Position numbers and translations under genes: made by a program
Part shown: positions 11,937 to 25,000 of the stretch, piece by piece
Position numbering within the stretch: the first letter of the stretch is position 1
How the letters are laid out: every line of letters starts with the position of its first letter
The notes under the pieces: generated by a model
What the model was told of the DNA's origin: nothing
The model's input: the letters and a program-made list of their open reading frames with translations, nothing else
Database searches by the model: none
Origin: Macrostomum hystrix
Lineage: Eukaryota; Animalia; Platyhelminthes
Length of the DNA: 64,000 bases
NCBI GenBank assembly: GCA_950097015.1
Contig: CATNEN010000003.1
Span: 992,001-1,056,000 of the forward strand
Reading direction: 5' to 3'

Positions 11937-13418
11937 TCAATTTGCGGTTGAAATACTCCTCTGATAAGTCAGCCGTCGTCTCTTCTGGCCAACAGCTTGA
12001 ACAATGTCTTCCAGTTTGTCATCGTCTACGTCTGACGCTGGTGGCGCAGATGGCACCACGACTGGCTGCGAGACTGATGACAGAAGCCTCTGAGGCGGAT
12101 TTTTGACCCTCGCTCGCTCAGGCAGCCCTGTGGTGGAGATCACTACCAGGTTCTTGACCGTGACGCCGTGTTCTCCAGTCGACTCGCCGGCACCTCTGTG
12201 GACGCCATTTTGGCGAAGAAATCGAATCCAGAGGCTGCGCAAAACCTCCGTGCAGGCCAGATCGCCGCAGTTCAGCGCGATCATCTTCAACAGGAAAGTG
12301 CCATCGTTGCGCAGAAACTCCAGCTCGAACTTCTTCAACCAGGGATTGTTTCTTAGATGATTGTAATTATCAGCCAGTTTCAGGTAGCGCCTAACGAAGC
12401 TGCTGCCTCGACGACCGTTGCTATAGACGCGACATAGCCACACGATGATGCTGAGAGCCGTAGCGGATGCAACAAACGCAATCCAAAACCAAAGAAAGAT
12501 ATAGATCTTCTCGTTGATCATGTTGATAGGCAAGGCACACTGCGACATCTGCCAGTTTCCACTGGCGGCCGTTCTCATATAGACCGCGCACGAGCCGACC
12601 CTTGGGAATACCATGCTGTTCTCCCAGTGCAGCCCGCTGCTCAGATCGCTGAGCAGTCGCAGACCGAACAGCTCGTACCCGGTGTTGTTGAAATTTAGGA
12701 ACTTCTGCATAAAAACCAGCTGACCAGATGAGTTGACAAGGTATAGTACCTTGATGACGATGTAGCCGAATACCATTGAGTTTCCTTGCGGCTGGGTTGA
12801 GAGAACCACACCAAACCTGCTTAGGATTATACGCTGAAGGTATCGCAAACTTGAGCACTGGCTAAACTGATGGCTTCGGCTGAGCAGCTGCTCAAGCCTT
12901 CCGCAAGCGTGCTGCATCAGCCTGGCGTGCTTCTCCTTGTCAGCCTGGGTGGCGTCGAGCACAGTGCGCAGGATGTGGGCCACATCGGTGCCAGAGCGCT
13001 GGTGGATGATGAAGCTCCACAGCACCCTAGGCAGATAGAACAGGATGCACTGGGCGCCGAGCACGAGGGGCACCCATTGATAGTAGGTGATGCGCTTGTC
13101 CTTGTACCGGCTCAGGCCGCCGTCCCTCTGCGTGGCATCAATTGAGAAGTGCTTCGGGTGCACAGCAAACGTGCCCTCTGTCCAGCAGTAGTTATTGACG
13201 AATAGTTCTTGGCCAGCGACGCCCGAGCCGAACACGTTCGGTATGTAGCAGGCCAGAGGGTGGAACACGTAAGTTCTGAGCGTTACGATTGAGCAGCAAA
13301 CAAGCAGAATGGTGACGGTGAATAGGAAATTTAGCCTGTCAGTGAAATCTTCAACTCCAATGTAGCTGAAGGCTTTCGGCAGGGCCTTGTACTGGTTGAT
13401 CAGTTCGTTGGCTACCAT
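11937..13418 (-). CDS. inx: Innexin, intronless, about 493 aa (start MVANEL)
   Basis: GVEDFTDRLNF, NNYCWTEG, YYQWVP, FPRVGSC, QCALPINMINEKIYIFLWFW. First ATG at 13418; the ORF-track start at 13511 is TTG. Confidence 0.95.
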   Translation of the reverse strand: MVANELINQYKALPKAFSYIGVEDFTDRLNFLFTVTILLVCCSIVTLRTYVFHPLACYIPNVFGSGVAGQELFVNNYCWTEGTFAVHPKHFSIDATQRDGGLSRYKDKRITYYQWVPLVLGAQCILFYLPRVLWSFIIHQRSGTDVAHILRTVLDATQADKEKHARLMQHACGRLEQLLSRSHQFSQCSSLRYLQRIILSRFGVVLSTQPQGNSMVFGYIVIKVLYLVNSSGQLVFMQKFLNFNNTGYELFGLRLLSDLSSGLHWENSMVFPRVGSCAVYMRTAASGNWQMSQCALPINMINEKIYIFLWFWIAFVASATALSIIVWLCRVYSNGRRGSSFVRRYLKLADNYNHLRNNPWLKKFELEFLRNDGTFLLKMIALNCGDLACTEVLRSLWIRFLRQNGVHRGAGESTGEHGVTVKNLVVISTTGLPERARVKNPPQRLLSSVSQPVVVPSAPPASDVDDDKLEDIVQAVGQKRRRLTYQRSISTAN

Positions 13419-14554
13419 ATCGAAAAGGCGAGGGCAGAGCGTCAAAAATTTTAGATTGATCAGCTGAAAAGTCAAGAAAAGTTCTAGGTCAAACGCAGAT
13501 TTTGAGTCCAATATTTTGTTTCTACTGTTTTTTCTTGTTGGTGTATACTCTCGGGGCTAGATGGTTCTACGAGCTAGGTCTTGGGGAGAAAACTGCGCGA
13601 AGGAATAGGGGAAGCAAGTGAGGGAGATGTCTGCCAGTTGAAATTCCCCAAATGCGCACACCCAGAAGGATATGCGCACTAAATATCTCGTTCCCAAAAC
13701 TGACGATTCTGTACTGCCGCGCAGGAAGCGTACATGGTTCTAAGATTGGGCAAAAGAATTGGGAGACAATCATTGGCTAGGAGCTACAAAATCGATTTTA
13801 CACTGGATCAGCGGATAAAATAGCCTGTACTATTCTCCGGCTCAACACTCAAAGGCTTTTAGCTCTATCAAAACACATTAAAATATATAAAATTGAACAA
13901 AGAATGATTGTTAAACAATGATTGATAATGGAATTATGTTCAAAGTGTTTTTAAAAATAATAATAATTACGCATAGTAACGCATACAGATCAGATGCCTG
14001 TGAACATTTTCCAATAAAATTGCTCTCGTATTTCAATTATATCTTTTAGAGTTGGTAAGCGAATTACTCTGTCAATCTTTATACAGACTCTAGCTTTGCT
14101 TTCACACACGCAGGTCGCCAATTAATTGCGCGTCAGTCTTGGAAACGATTCGTGATAGACAAGGAGAAATAAGTTGATGTAATAAAAATCTGCAAAAAAT
14201 ACAAAATAATTATAGGCATCTGCCATGGAATGTTATACAAATGACTATTAACAGAACAATGTTTTATTATTTCTATGTAAAATCCTCAGCTGAAGAAGAA
14301 TATTTGATAGCGTATAGCACCGAAAACTGGTAAACAATAATTGCGCAAGGTTTGCAAGTCATAAATGACGCGAATGACATTCTGTGGCTCTCAGAAAATT
14401 AGCTTTAATACAAGTAATTTAGCCGTCACTCTATTTTGGGGTCGCGAGTGTGACTTGACACACTTGACAAGAACAGCCATATTTAAAATATACACTTAAT
14501 TGATGCTCAATCTAGAAATAATTTTATGTAGAATATTTGCAATTTCAGAACTTC

Positions 14555-17500
14555 TCATACATCGTTGAAGTCGCTGTCACTGCGAGTTGGTCGCTTTGAT
14601 GTATTCGGCTTCCAGCCTTTCAGCTGCTGCTCTTTCTCCTTCTGGCAGTTAAAGTCCTCTTCTTCCTCCTGCTCATCTGCCGGTCGTAATTCGTCTATTT
14701 CTTCCAGCTTCGCCGACGACCGCCATTTGGGCGGCGCGCTGGGGAGCAGCGATGTCGGACATTCGCGCAGAGTTGGTTGCGGCGCCGATGTTCGCCGAAA
14801 CAGCTTCACCGGCAGGTGACGCTTGAGCCGTCGGTCTGGCTTGTGAAGCTCGGGCAGGTTGTTGCAGGACAGGCGCAGCATACACTGGGTCCGACGAAGA
14901 CTTCCATGCAGAGGCTGCTCCTCGTTCTGCTGCACAGGAAGCGATTGCTGGCGCGCGAACTGTCTAGTAGCTGGCTCGTCTCTGCACTGCAAACACTTGC
15001 TTTTGTAGTGGCCCCACAGATTCTGCAGAATCTCCGAGCAGACAATGTCCCCACAGTTCAGGGCTATCATCTTCAGGACGAAGGTGCCATCGTGGCGCAG
15101 ATATTTGCGAACAAATTTTCTGAATATCGCCTTCTTCTTCAACTCGTTGTAGTTGTCTGCCAGCTTGAGGTACTTGGTGAGGAAGCTGCCTCGGATGCCA
15201 GAGTTGAAGAGGCGCAGGATCCACATCTGCGGTGGTGCGGAGGCGGTGGGATTCGATCGATAGTTGGTGTACTACTGGCCAGTGGCATAGCCAGGACTTT
15301 TGTCTAGGGGGGCCGCGCCTTTTGGGGTCGCCACTACTTGGGGGGGGGGGCGCCACTACCACATTGGGGCACCACTACCACATTGGGGCACCACTACCAC
15401 ATTGGGGCACCACTACCACATTGGGGCACCACTACCACATTGGGGCACCACTACCACATTGGGGCACCACTACCACATTGGGGCACCACTACCACATTGG
15501 GGCACCACTACCACATTGGGGCACCACTACCACATTGGGGCACCACTACCACATTGGGGCACCACTACCACATTGGGGCACCACTACCACATTGGGGCAC
15601 CACTACCACATTGGGGCACCACTACCACATTGGGGCACCACTACCACATTGGGGCACCACTACCACATTGGGGCACCACTACCACATTGGGGCACCACTA
15701 CCAGGCGGTGCCACAACTCGTACTGTGGTGGCGCCACGTACATTGTTTCGTCAGCCGAGCCCCCCCTCGGCAATCCCAAGCTTCATTAGGATTCGCGCCC
15801 GTTCAAATTTACGCTCGTAATGCACCAAGGTACCGAAAACGTGCATAGCGCTTAGCTATTAGAAGGTAAATAATTCAATAAAATGACCAAACAGGACATC
15901 GAACCCGAAGAAATTATTATTGTTCTATAAAACTGCGCAAAACGTTGAGGGTTAATATTTTCCTGCATAGCTGACAGCAAGTCAAGCATTTTCACCGCAC
16001 CCTACAGCACAAATTTTTACGCTCTAAACGAGGCGAAACATTTTTAATCTTTAATTAATAATCTGGCTTCAGTCCAAAAGTTACTTAGAAAAAAGTAAGG
16101 TTCTGTCCTACAATTTTATGAGCAGAACACAGTTTACCGAAAGTAGCTGTGTTGCACCTGAGATTTCCGCACCATAGCTCAAGGCCGACCAGTTCGCACC
16201 AGATCTTTGATTCGAAATCTGCGCAAAATCTGTCACTGGTTGCTTGCATATATAGCAGTAGATTACCACACTAGTATTTCACCGATACGTATAATCACGA
16301 CCCTCAATTGTAGCCCGCTAAATATGGTGTCCATTTTACAACTGGGGGAAATGAAGCAATGAAAGGTTAAGTTTCTTGCAAAAGGACTCAAGTTTTTCGA
16401 GTGGAGTTGGGAATCGAAACCTGAACTTCAAGTCGTGATTCCGACTGGCTGAACACTGCGAAACAAACCACCAAGTTTAAAGAAGCTACCTAGGTGTGAG
16501 GGATTGCGTGGCTGAGCGGTCTAACGCGTTTAACTCTTGCACCATGATAGGTCACTGATCTCGATTCCGCGACGAGGCCACATTTCTTTGGGGCGCAGCC
16601 GCCGAGAGAAGGCTGGGGGCTTGTCGTGCAATTTGCGCCCTTGAAAGTCAACCTCCAAGGCACAGTGAAAGTGTACACTACCTGACGATGAGAAAGTCAG
16701 AGCAGATGTACACACCTATGTGAGCGTGTGCCTCTGTATTGTACTCGTATCTATGTGCGTGCGTGCTCAGGAGTCAGCGAAATGGGCAGAATTGTCTCTT
16801 CGCTGGCTGCAGGTCTAGTGTCACCAAATGGCGTGCCATTGCCCGCAGCTCTCCTGCAATTATTATTAATATAATTCTTATTATGTTAAACCAAGGTGTA
16901 AGTGTAGGTAGGAAGAGAATGAACTTACCACAATGCTGAATATGGTTGCAGCAGCCACGGACAGTATCCAGAACCACAGAAAGATGTAAATCTTTTCGTT
17001 GATCATGTTGATAGGCAGTGAGCACTGTGAGAACTGCCAGTTGCCCTGGCCGGCTGTTCTCATGTACACGGCGCAGCAGCCGACCCGGGGGAACACCATA
17101 GTGTTCTGCCAGTCGTCTCCAGAGACCACCTCAGCAAGCAGGTTGACGCCCAGAAAGGTGTAGCGAGTGGCATTGAGCTGCAGGAAGCTCTGCATCAGAG
17201 CCAGCTGACCCAGTGAGTTGCCCAAGTAAGCCAGCTTCACTATAAAATAGGTCAGTATTAGCCAACTGCCCACCAGTCGCGAGGGAATGAAGGTGGAGGC
17301 GCACCGGCAACAGATGTGAATGACGGATCCCGGCTGCCCGCAGGTGCCTCTGTTCTCAAGGTTTCGGCTAATCATCTGCTGCAGCATGCGGCATGCGTGG
17401 TCGACCAGTTTCTCGCGATTCTCGCCGCTTTCATGCGACGCATCCTTGGCGATCTTGACGATGTGAGCGACGTCTGTTCCAGCGCGCTCGTAGCTGAACA

Positions 17501-17900
17501 TGTGCCAGAACAGGCGCGGAATACAAAACATGACCGCCTGCATGCCGAGCACGAATGGTATCCACTGATAGTACACAATCTTGTGCTCTTTGTACTTGCC
17601 AACGCCGCCATCCTCTAGCGAGTTGTCCAGCCGAAATTCACTCGGCTTCACGGCGTATGTACCCTCCGTCCAGCAGAAGTTGTTCACGAAACTGATCTGC
17701 CCGTCGCCGCCTCCAGTGCCGAACAGGTTGGGCACCCAGCAGGAGATCGGGTGCAGAAAGTAGGTGCGCACCGTCACAATGGTACACAGGGCGCCCAACA
17801 ATGTCGGCGTGAACAGAAAATTTAAACGATCGGCGAAGTCTTCTACGCCGACGTAGTTCACAATGTCGATCGAGCGAAAATGAGAGAGAATTTCAGCCAT
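14555..17900 (-). CDS. inx: Innexin, 2 exons (17900-16929, 15226-14555), about 547 aa
   Basis: GVEDFADRLNF, YYQWIPF, FPRVGCC, NEKIYIFLWFW. Donor GTG|gtaagt and acceptor cgcag|ATG are both phase 0. Exon 2 carries the YLKLADNY..DGTFVLKMIALNCGD motif shared with the paralogs. Confidence 0.93.
15350..15703 (+). repeat. 19-bp minisatellite (CATTGGGGCACCACTACCA)n, about 18 copies
   Basis: Perfect tandem units in the innexin intron, preceded by a CAGTGGCATAGCCAGG MITE-like terminus at about 15280. Confidence 0.95.
16270..16470 (-). mobile_element. tRNA-derived SINE (family A)
   Basis: Shares gggaatcgaa..cttcaagtcgtga.tccgac and gaagcaatg..gttaagt.tcttgc..aagga with 60070-60365. Confidence 0.6.
16497..16850 (+). 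mobile_element. tRNA-derived SINE (family B)
   Basis: A-box-like tggctgagcgg, B-box-like ctcgattcc; colinear with the copy at 63730-64000. Confidence 0.7.
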
Positions 17901-19048
17901 TTCCTGGAGTTCTAAACTCAACTTTCATGCTCTGTTTTTTATTCCTCTGTAGCATATATCGCCTTTGGCTGGGTCGCTCTCTCCTATATTTCGTACTCTA
18001 TTATCGCGCACACTAGTGGACGCAGAGGCTAGTGAAGAAGAGAGACAGAAATGCAAGACAATCAAGTGGCCCCTCTATGTTTGCATTGCAGCTCATGTGA
18101 CTGCAGCCTTCATTGGGTCTCGAAAACTGGGTCTAAGCAATCAGCCCTTGTCTCCTGAAACCCCCACGCTCAGAGGTTGCTTGCCTGGCTTGCCATTTTC
18201 AAATAGTCATTTAACACTTCTAAATCAACGTATAAATAGCGTCTTTCCCTTCAAAACAAGAGAAAGACAGACAGGCAGGCTACTACGCATGAAAGATGCT
18301 GTGTGCACAATCGGAACGGCTGGTAGGCATAAAATTAATAAATCATTAATAAATAGAAATGAAATCGTCAACGTGCTATTTTTAGACACTTTATTAATTG
18401 TAAAGCACTCGTATAGCACTCGTATGGGCGTGTTTCCATATCAAACTACTCGTATTTATTCGTCCTATATGTTGCTTCAACTGGCAGTCATAAAGAGACT
18501 CAAAACTATGCGACATTGTCAGAAATCAGTTGTGTGAAATTAAAATAAACCCAAAAATTTCTGCCACTCAGTCTTTCAACCAGTATCTCTTCCTATTATT
18601 ACTACAATTTACAAAACACCGAGTAGTAGAAATGTAACAGGGTATTTAATATCTAATCTCCGATGAGCTGTTACGCACAAACACACAACACACTTAAGAC
18701 TTGAGAGAAGAATCTTATGCGCTCGTAGCGCTACGGCTTGAAAAACCAATTATAATATATATGTTTAGTATAACGATAGCGAATTACGATTAAAGAATCA
18801 CTGTTGACAAGAAAATATAAAAGATCCGAAAAAATATTTCGTCTCTAAATATACTGTATTACTTTCTTTGTCTTTTTGTTCATCGTCACTCTAAATTGTA
18901 CATCTTTGCCAGATGTACAGGAGCCAACAGGGTGCGAAAGTGACATATCGATTCTGTAACATATCTGAATGACAGTTTTTATATTCAGTATTCGAAAATG
19001 GGGAATCGCCCTTCTTTTGTGGACCGAATGAGCCTGTTAGGAGGCTGT

Positions 19049-22000
19049 TCACGTTTCCATGCCCTCCTCGGAGTCGTCTTCCAGCTCGTCCGGCTCATCT
19101 TGAAGCGCCACCTTCTCAGACTGGCAGTTGGAGCGACGCACCAAAGTCGGCTGCTCGGCCAGCCTGGCCTCGGCCTGAGCCAGGTCTGTCACCTGAGCAC
19201 AACTCGGGTTCCGCTTGCCGAGGTAGGCGTCGACCAGGCTGGCCACAATCTCCGTGCAGATGACGTCGCCGGAGTTGAGGGAAATCATCTTCAACAGAAA
19301 GGTGCCGTCCAGACGGAGAAAGTCACGAACGAATCTGTGCAGGTCGCGCTTGTCGATGTCGCGGTGCCGCTCCTCCATGAGTCGCAGGTAGCTCTTGACG
19401 AAGCGGACTCGCCAGCCGACTGTGGCCACGCGCATGAACCACCGCGGCAGGCTGAACAATGTCAGTGCGGTGATGGACACCGTCCAGAACCACAGGAACA
19501 CGTAGATCTTCTCGTTCAGCATGTTGATTGGCAGGGTGCATTGTGAGGCGACGTAATTAATCTGGCTGGCTGTCTTCACCGGGATGGCGCACGCGCTGAC
19601 CCTGGGAAACAGCATCGTCTGCTGCCAGGACCTCCCTGAGGCCAAGTCGCCGAGCAGGTGGTAGCCGAACGCCCCGTAGGTCGCATTGAAGCCCAAGAAG
19701 ATGTGCATCATCCACAGCTGCAGCACTCCGTTGATCAGGCAGAGCATCTTGATCAGCAGGTAGGTGACAATCAGCCAGTTTCCTAGACGTGACGACGGAA
19801 AAATGAAGCAGCTCTCCAGCATCAGACGGATCCGTCGCCATGCCGACTGTTTCTGCGAGGTTCATTTCAGATTACAGATTTAATTTAGACAATTTCACAG
19901 ATTTGACGCAAAGATAGCAACTCCAAGCCTTGTAGCTTGCAGCCAAACCCATTTTGATAGATTTTAAGCGAAAGTTGAAAAAATCTGAATGGAGATGGAG
20001 TAAAATATCACAGTTTTAGGTGCGTTAAAGAAGTTAGTGCCTTCAATAACCGAAGCGTACGAGCGTAGCTGTCAGAAGCAGAACAACTGCACAATTTCTC
20101 ACCTTTCTTTGCTTGCCAAGAGCCTTAGTTTTTGGAATTGAAATTAAATACAGTCGTTTAGTAGTTGCAGCTAAATAAATTGAATTTGCCACGCACTTTT
20201 AGCTTAAGATTTCAGGGTGGGTGCTAGTGCATACAGAAATTTAAAGAGAGCGAGTAACACAGAGGCTTTTCAATTCTACTTTGCTTTAGCAGACTCACCC
20301 CAGCCGAGCGTTGAGTCCTGCCCTGCGAGAGCAGCTGACCCAGCCGCCTCGTGATGTGCTGCACCAGCTTCTCGTGCTTTTCACCGTCGGCCTGTACTGC
20401 CTCATTGGCCGTCTGCACCAGGTGCTGAATGTCTGTGCCGGAGTTGTACCTGCTGAGTAGGTTCCACAGCACCCGGGGCAGGTAAAAACAGATGGCTTGC
20501 AGGCCTAGAACGAATGGCACCCATTGGTAGTAGACAATGCGGCTCGGCTCATAGATCTCTAGCGGATTGCGCTTTGTATTGTCGATGTGAAAATCAGCTA
20601 ACGGGATGGCAAATGTGCCTGCAGGTCAGGGATGATTCGGCGATGGATTTCAAAAAAGCATGACACCTTACAACCCTTTTGACTATGATTCATTGAGATC
20701 CTCTGCCAAAAATTTTTGAGACGCTCAGTTTTAAAAGTTGCGAAAAATTTTGAGGTCCTCAATTGTAAATGAAAAAAATCGTCGATATATAATTCTTTCA
20801 GATATTCAATCAGAAAAACTTTTGAATCCACAATGGGACACTTTTTAAGATCCTCTATTGTAATCTCTTTCAGAACCCCAATCAGATACTCTTTGAGATC
20901 CTCAATATGATACTCTTTGAGATCCTCAATCTGATACTCTTTGAGACCCCCAATCTGATACTCTTTGAGATCCTCAATCTTATACTCTTTGAGATCCTCA
21001 ATCTGATACTCTTTGAGATCCTCAATCTGATACTCTTTGAGATCCTCAATCTGATACTCTTTGAGATCCTCAATCTGATACTCTTTGAGACCCCCAATCA
21101 GATACTCTTTGAGATCCTCAATCAGATACTATTTGAGATCCTCAATCAGATACTCTTTGAGATCCTCAATCTGATACTCTTTGAGACCCTCAATCAGATA
21201 CTCTTTGAGATTCTCAATCTGATACTCTTTGAGATCCTCAATCTGATACTCTTTGAGATCCTCAATCAGATCTCTTTGAGATCCTCAATCAGATCTCTTT
21301 GAGATCCTCAATCTGATACTCTTTGAGATCCTCAATATGATACTCTTTGAGATACCCAATCTGATACTCTTTGAGATCCTCAATCAGATACTCTTTGAGA
21401 TCCTCAATCTGATACTCTTTGAGATCCTCAATCTGATACTCTTTGAGATCCTCAATCAGATACTCTTTGAGATCCTCAATCAGATACTCTTTGAGATCCT
21501 CAATCAGATACTCTTTGAGATCCTCAATCAGATACTCTTTGAGATCCTCAATCAGATACTCTTTGAGATCCTCAATCAGATACTCTTTGAGATCCTCAAT
21601 CTGATACTCTTTGAGATCCTCAATCAGATACTCTTTGAGATCCTCAATCTGATACTCTTTGAGATCCTCAATCAGATACTCTTTGAGATCCTCAATCTGA
21701 TACTCTTTGAGATCCTCAATCAGATACTCTTTGAGATCCTCAATCTGATACTCTTTGAGATCCTCAATCAGATACTCTTTGAGATCCTCAATCAGATACT
21801 CTTTGAGATCCTCAATCAGATACTCTTTGAGATCCTCAATCAGATACTCTTTGAGATCCTCAATCTGATACTCTTTGAGATCCTCAATCAGATACTCTTT
21901 GAGATCCTCAATCAGATACTCTTTGAGATCCTCAATATGATACTCTTTGAGATCCTCAATCTGATACTCTTTGAGATCCTCAATCTGATACTCTTTGAGA

Positions 22001-25000
22001 TTCTCAATCTGATACTCTTTGAGATCCTCAATCTGATACTCTTTGAGATCCTCAATCAGATCTCTTTGAGATCCTCAATCAGATCTCTTTGAGATCCTCA
22101 ATCTGATACTCTTTGAGATCCTCAATCTGATACTCTTTGAGATACCCAATCTGATACTCTTTGAGATCCTCAATCTGATACTCTTTGAGATCCTCAATCT
22201 GATACTCTTTGAGATCCTCAATCTGATACTCTTTGAGATCCTCAATCAGATACTCTTTGAGATCCTCAATCTGATACTCTTTGAGATCCTCAATCAGATA
22301 CTCTTTGAGATCCTCAATCTGATACTCTTTGAGATCCTCAATCAGATCTCTTTGAGATCCTCAATCAGATCTCTTTGAGATCCTCAATCTGATACTCTTT
22401 GAGATACCCAATCTGATACTCTTTGAGATCCTCAATCTGATACTCTTTGAGATCCTCAATCTGATACTCTTTGAGATCCTCAATCTGATACTCTTTGAGA
22501 TCCTCAATCAGATACTCTTTGAGATCCTCAATCTGATACTCTTTGAGACCCCCAATCAGATACTCTCTGAGACCCTCAATAAGATACTCTTTGAGATCCT
22601 CAATCAGATACTCTTTGAGATCCTCAATCTGATACTCTTTGAGATCCTCAATCAGATACTCTTTGAGATCCTCAATCTGATACTCTTTGAGATCCTCAAT
22701 CAGATACTCTTTGAGATCCTCAATCTGATACTCTTTGAGATCCTCAATCTGATACTCTTTGAGATCCTCAATCTGATACTCTTTGAGATCCTCAATCTGA
22801 TACTCTTTGAGATCCTCAATCTGATACTCTTTGAGATCCTCAATCAGATACTCTTTGAGATCCTCAATAAGATACTCTTTGAGATCCTCAATCTGATACT
22901 CTTTGAGATCCTCAATCAGATACTCTTTGAGATCCCCAATCTGATACTCTTTGAGATCCTCAATCTGATACTCTTTGAGATCCTCAATCAGATCTCTTTG
23001 AGATCCTCAATCAGATACTCTTTGAGATCCTCAATCTGATACTCTTTGAGATCCTCAATCAGATCTCTTTGAGACCCTCAATCTGATACTCTTTGAGACC
23101 CTCAATCTGATACTCTTTGAGATCCTCAATCAGATACTCTTTGAGATCCTCAATCAGATACTCTTTGAGATCCTCAATCAGATACTCTTTGAGATCCTCA
23201 ATCTGATACTCTTTGAGATCCTCAATCTGATACTCTTTGAGATCCTCAATCAGATACTCTTTGAGATCCTCAATCTGATACTCTTTGAGATCCTCAATCT
23301 GATACTCTTTGAGATCCTCAATCTGATACTCTTTGAGATCCTCAATCTGATACTCTTTGAGATCCTCAATCAGATACTCTTTGAGATCCTCAATCTGATA
23401 CTCTTTGAGACCCCCAATCAGATACTCTCTGAGACCCTCAATAAGATACTCTTTGAGATCCTCAATCAGATACTCTTTGAGATCCTCAATCTGATACTCT
23501 TTGAGATCCTCAATCTGATACTCTTTGAGACCCTCAATCTGATACTCTTTGAGATCCTCAATCTGATACTCTTTGAGATCCTCAATCAGATACTCTTTGA
23601 GATCCTCAATCAGATACTCTTTGAGATCCCCAATCAGATACTCTTTGAGATCCCCAATCAGATACTCTTTGAGATCCCCAATCTGAGTATCAGATTGAGA
23701 TCCTCAATCTGATACTCTTTGAGATCCTCAATCTGATACTCTTTGAGATCCTCAATCAGATACTCTTTGAGATCCTCAATCTGATACTCTTTGAGACCCC
23801 CAATCAGATACTCTCTGAGACCCTCAATAAGATACTCTTTGAGATCCTCAATCAGATACTCTTTGAGATCCTCAATCTGATACTCTTTGAGATCCTCAAT
23901 CTGATACTCTTTGAGACCCTCAATCTGATACTCTTTGAGATCCTCAATCTGATACTCTTTGAGATCCTCAATCAGATCTCTTTGAGATCCTCAATCAGAT
24001 CTCTTTGAGATCCCCAATCAGATACTCTTTGAGATCCTCAATCAGATACTCTTTGAGATCCTCAATCAGATACTCTTTGAGATCCTCAATCTGATATTCT
24101 TTGAGATCCTCAATCTGATACTCTTTGAGATCCTCAATCTGATACTCTTTGAGATCCTCAATCAGATACTCTTTGAGATCCTCAATCTGATACTCTTTGA
24201 GATCCCCAATCTGATACTCTTTGAGATCCTCAATCAGATACTCTTTGAGATTCTCAATCTGATACTCTTTGAGTTCCTCAATCTGATACTCTTTGAGATC
24301 CTCAATCTGATACTCTTTGAGATCCTCAATCTGATACTCTTTGAGACCCTCAATCTGATACTCTTTGAGATCCTCAATCAGATACTCTTTGAGATCCTCA
24401 ATCTGATACTCTTTGAGATCCTCAATCTGATACTCTTTGAGATCCTCAATCTGATACTCTTTGAGATCCTCAATCTGATACTCTTTGAGATCCTCAATCA
24501 GATACTCTTTGAGATCCTCAATCTGATACTCTTTGAGACCCCCAATCAGATACTCTCTGAGACCCTCAATAAGATACTCTTTGAGATCCTCAATCAGATA
24601 CTCTTTGAGATCCTCAATCAGATACTCTTTGAGATCCTCAATCTGATACTCTTTGAGACCCTCAATCTGATACTCTTTGAGATCCTCAATCTGATACTCT
24701 TTGAGATCCTCAATCAGATACTCTTTGAGATCCTCAATCAGATACTCTTTGAGATCCTCAATCAGATACTCTTTGAGATCCCCAATCAGATACTCTTTGA
24801 GATCCCCAATCTGAGTATCAGATTGAGATCCTCAATCTGATACTCTTTGAGATCCTCAATCTGATACTCTTTGAGATCCTCAATCAGATACTCTTTGAGA
24901 TCCTCAATCTGATACTCTTTGAGACCCCCAATCAGATACTCTCTGAGACCCTCAATAAGATACTCTTTGAGATCCTCAATCAGATACTCTTTGAGATCCT

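Noticed and set aside
13419-13511. N-terminal extension of innexin 2
   Set aside because: Non-ATG start; the paralogs align from MVANEL.
15232-15848. His/Thr-rich repeat ORFs in all three frames
   Set aside because: Stop-free 19-bp minisatellite in an intron.
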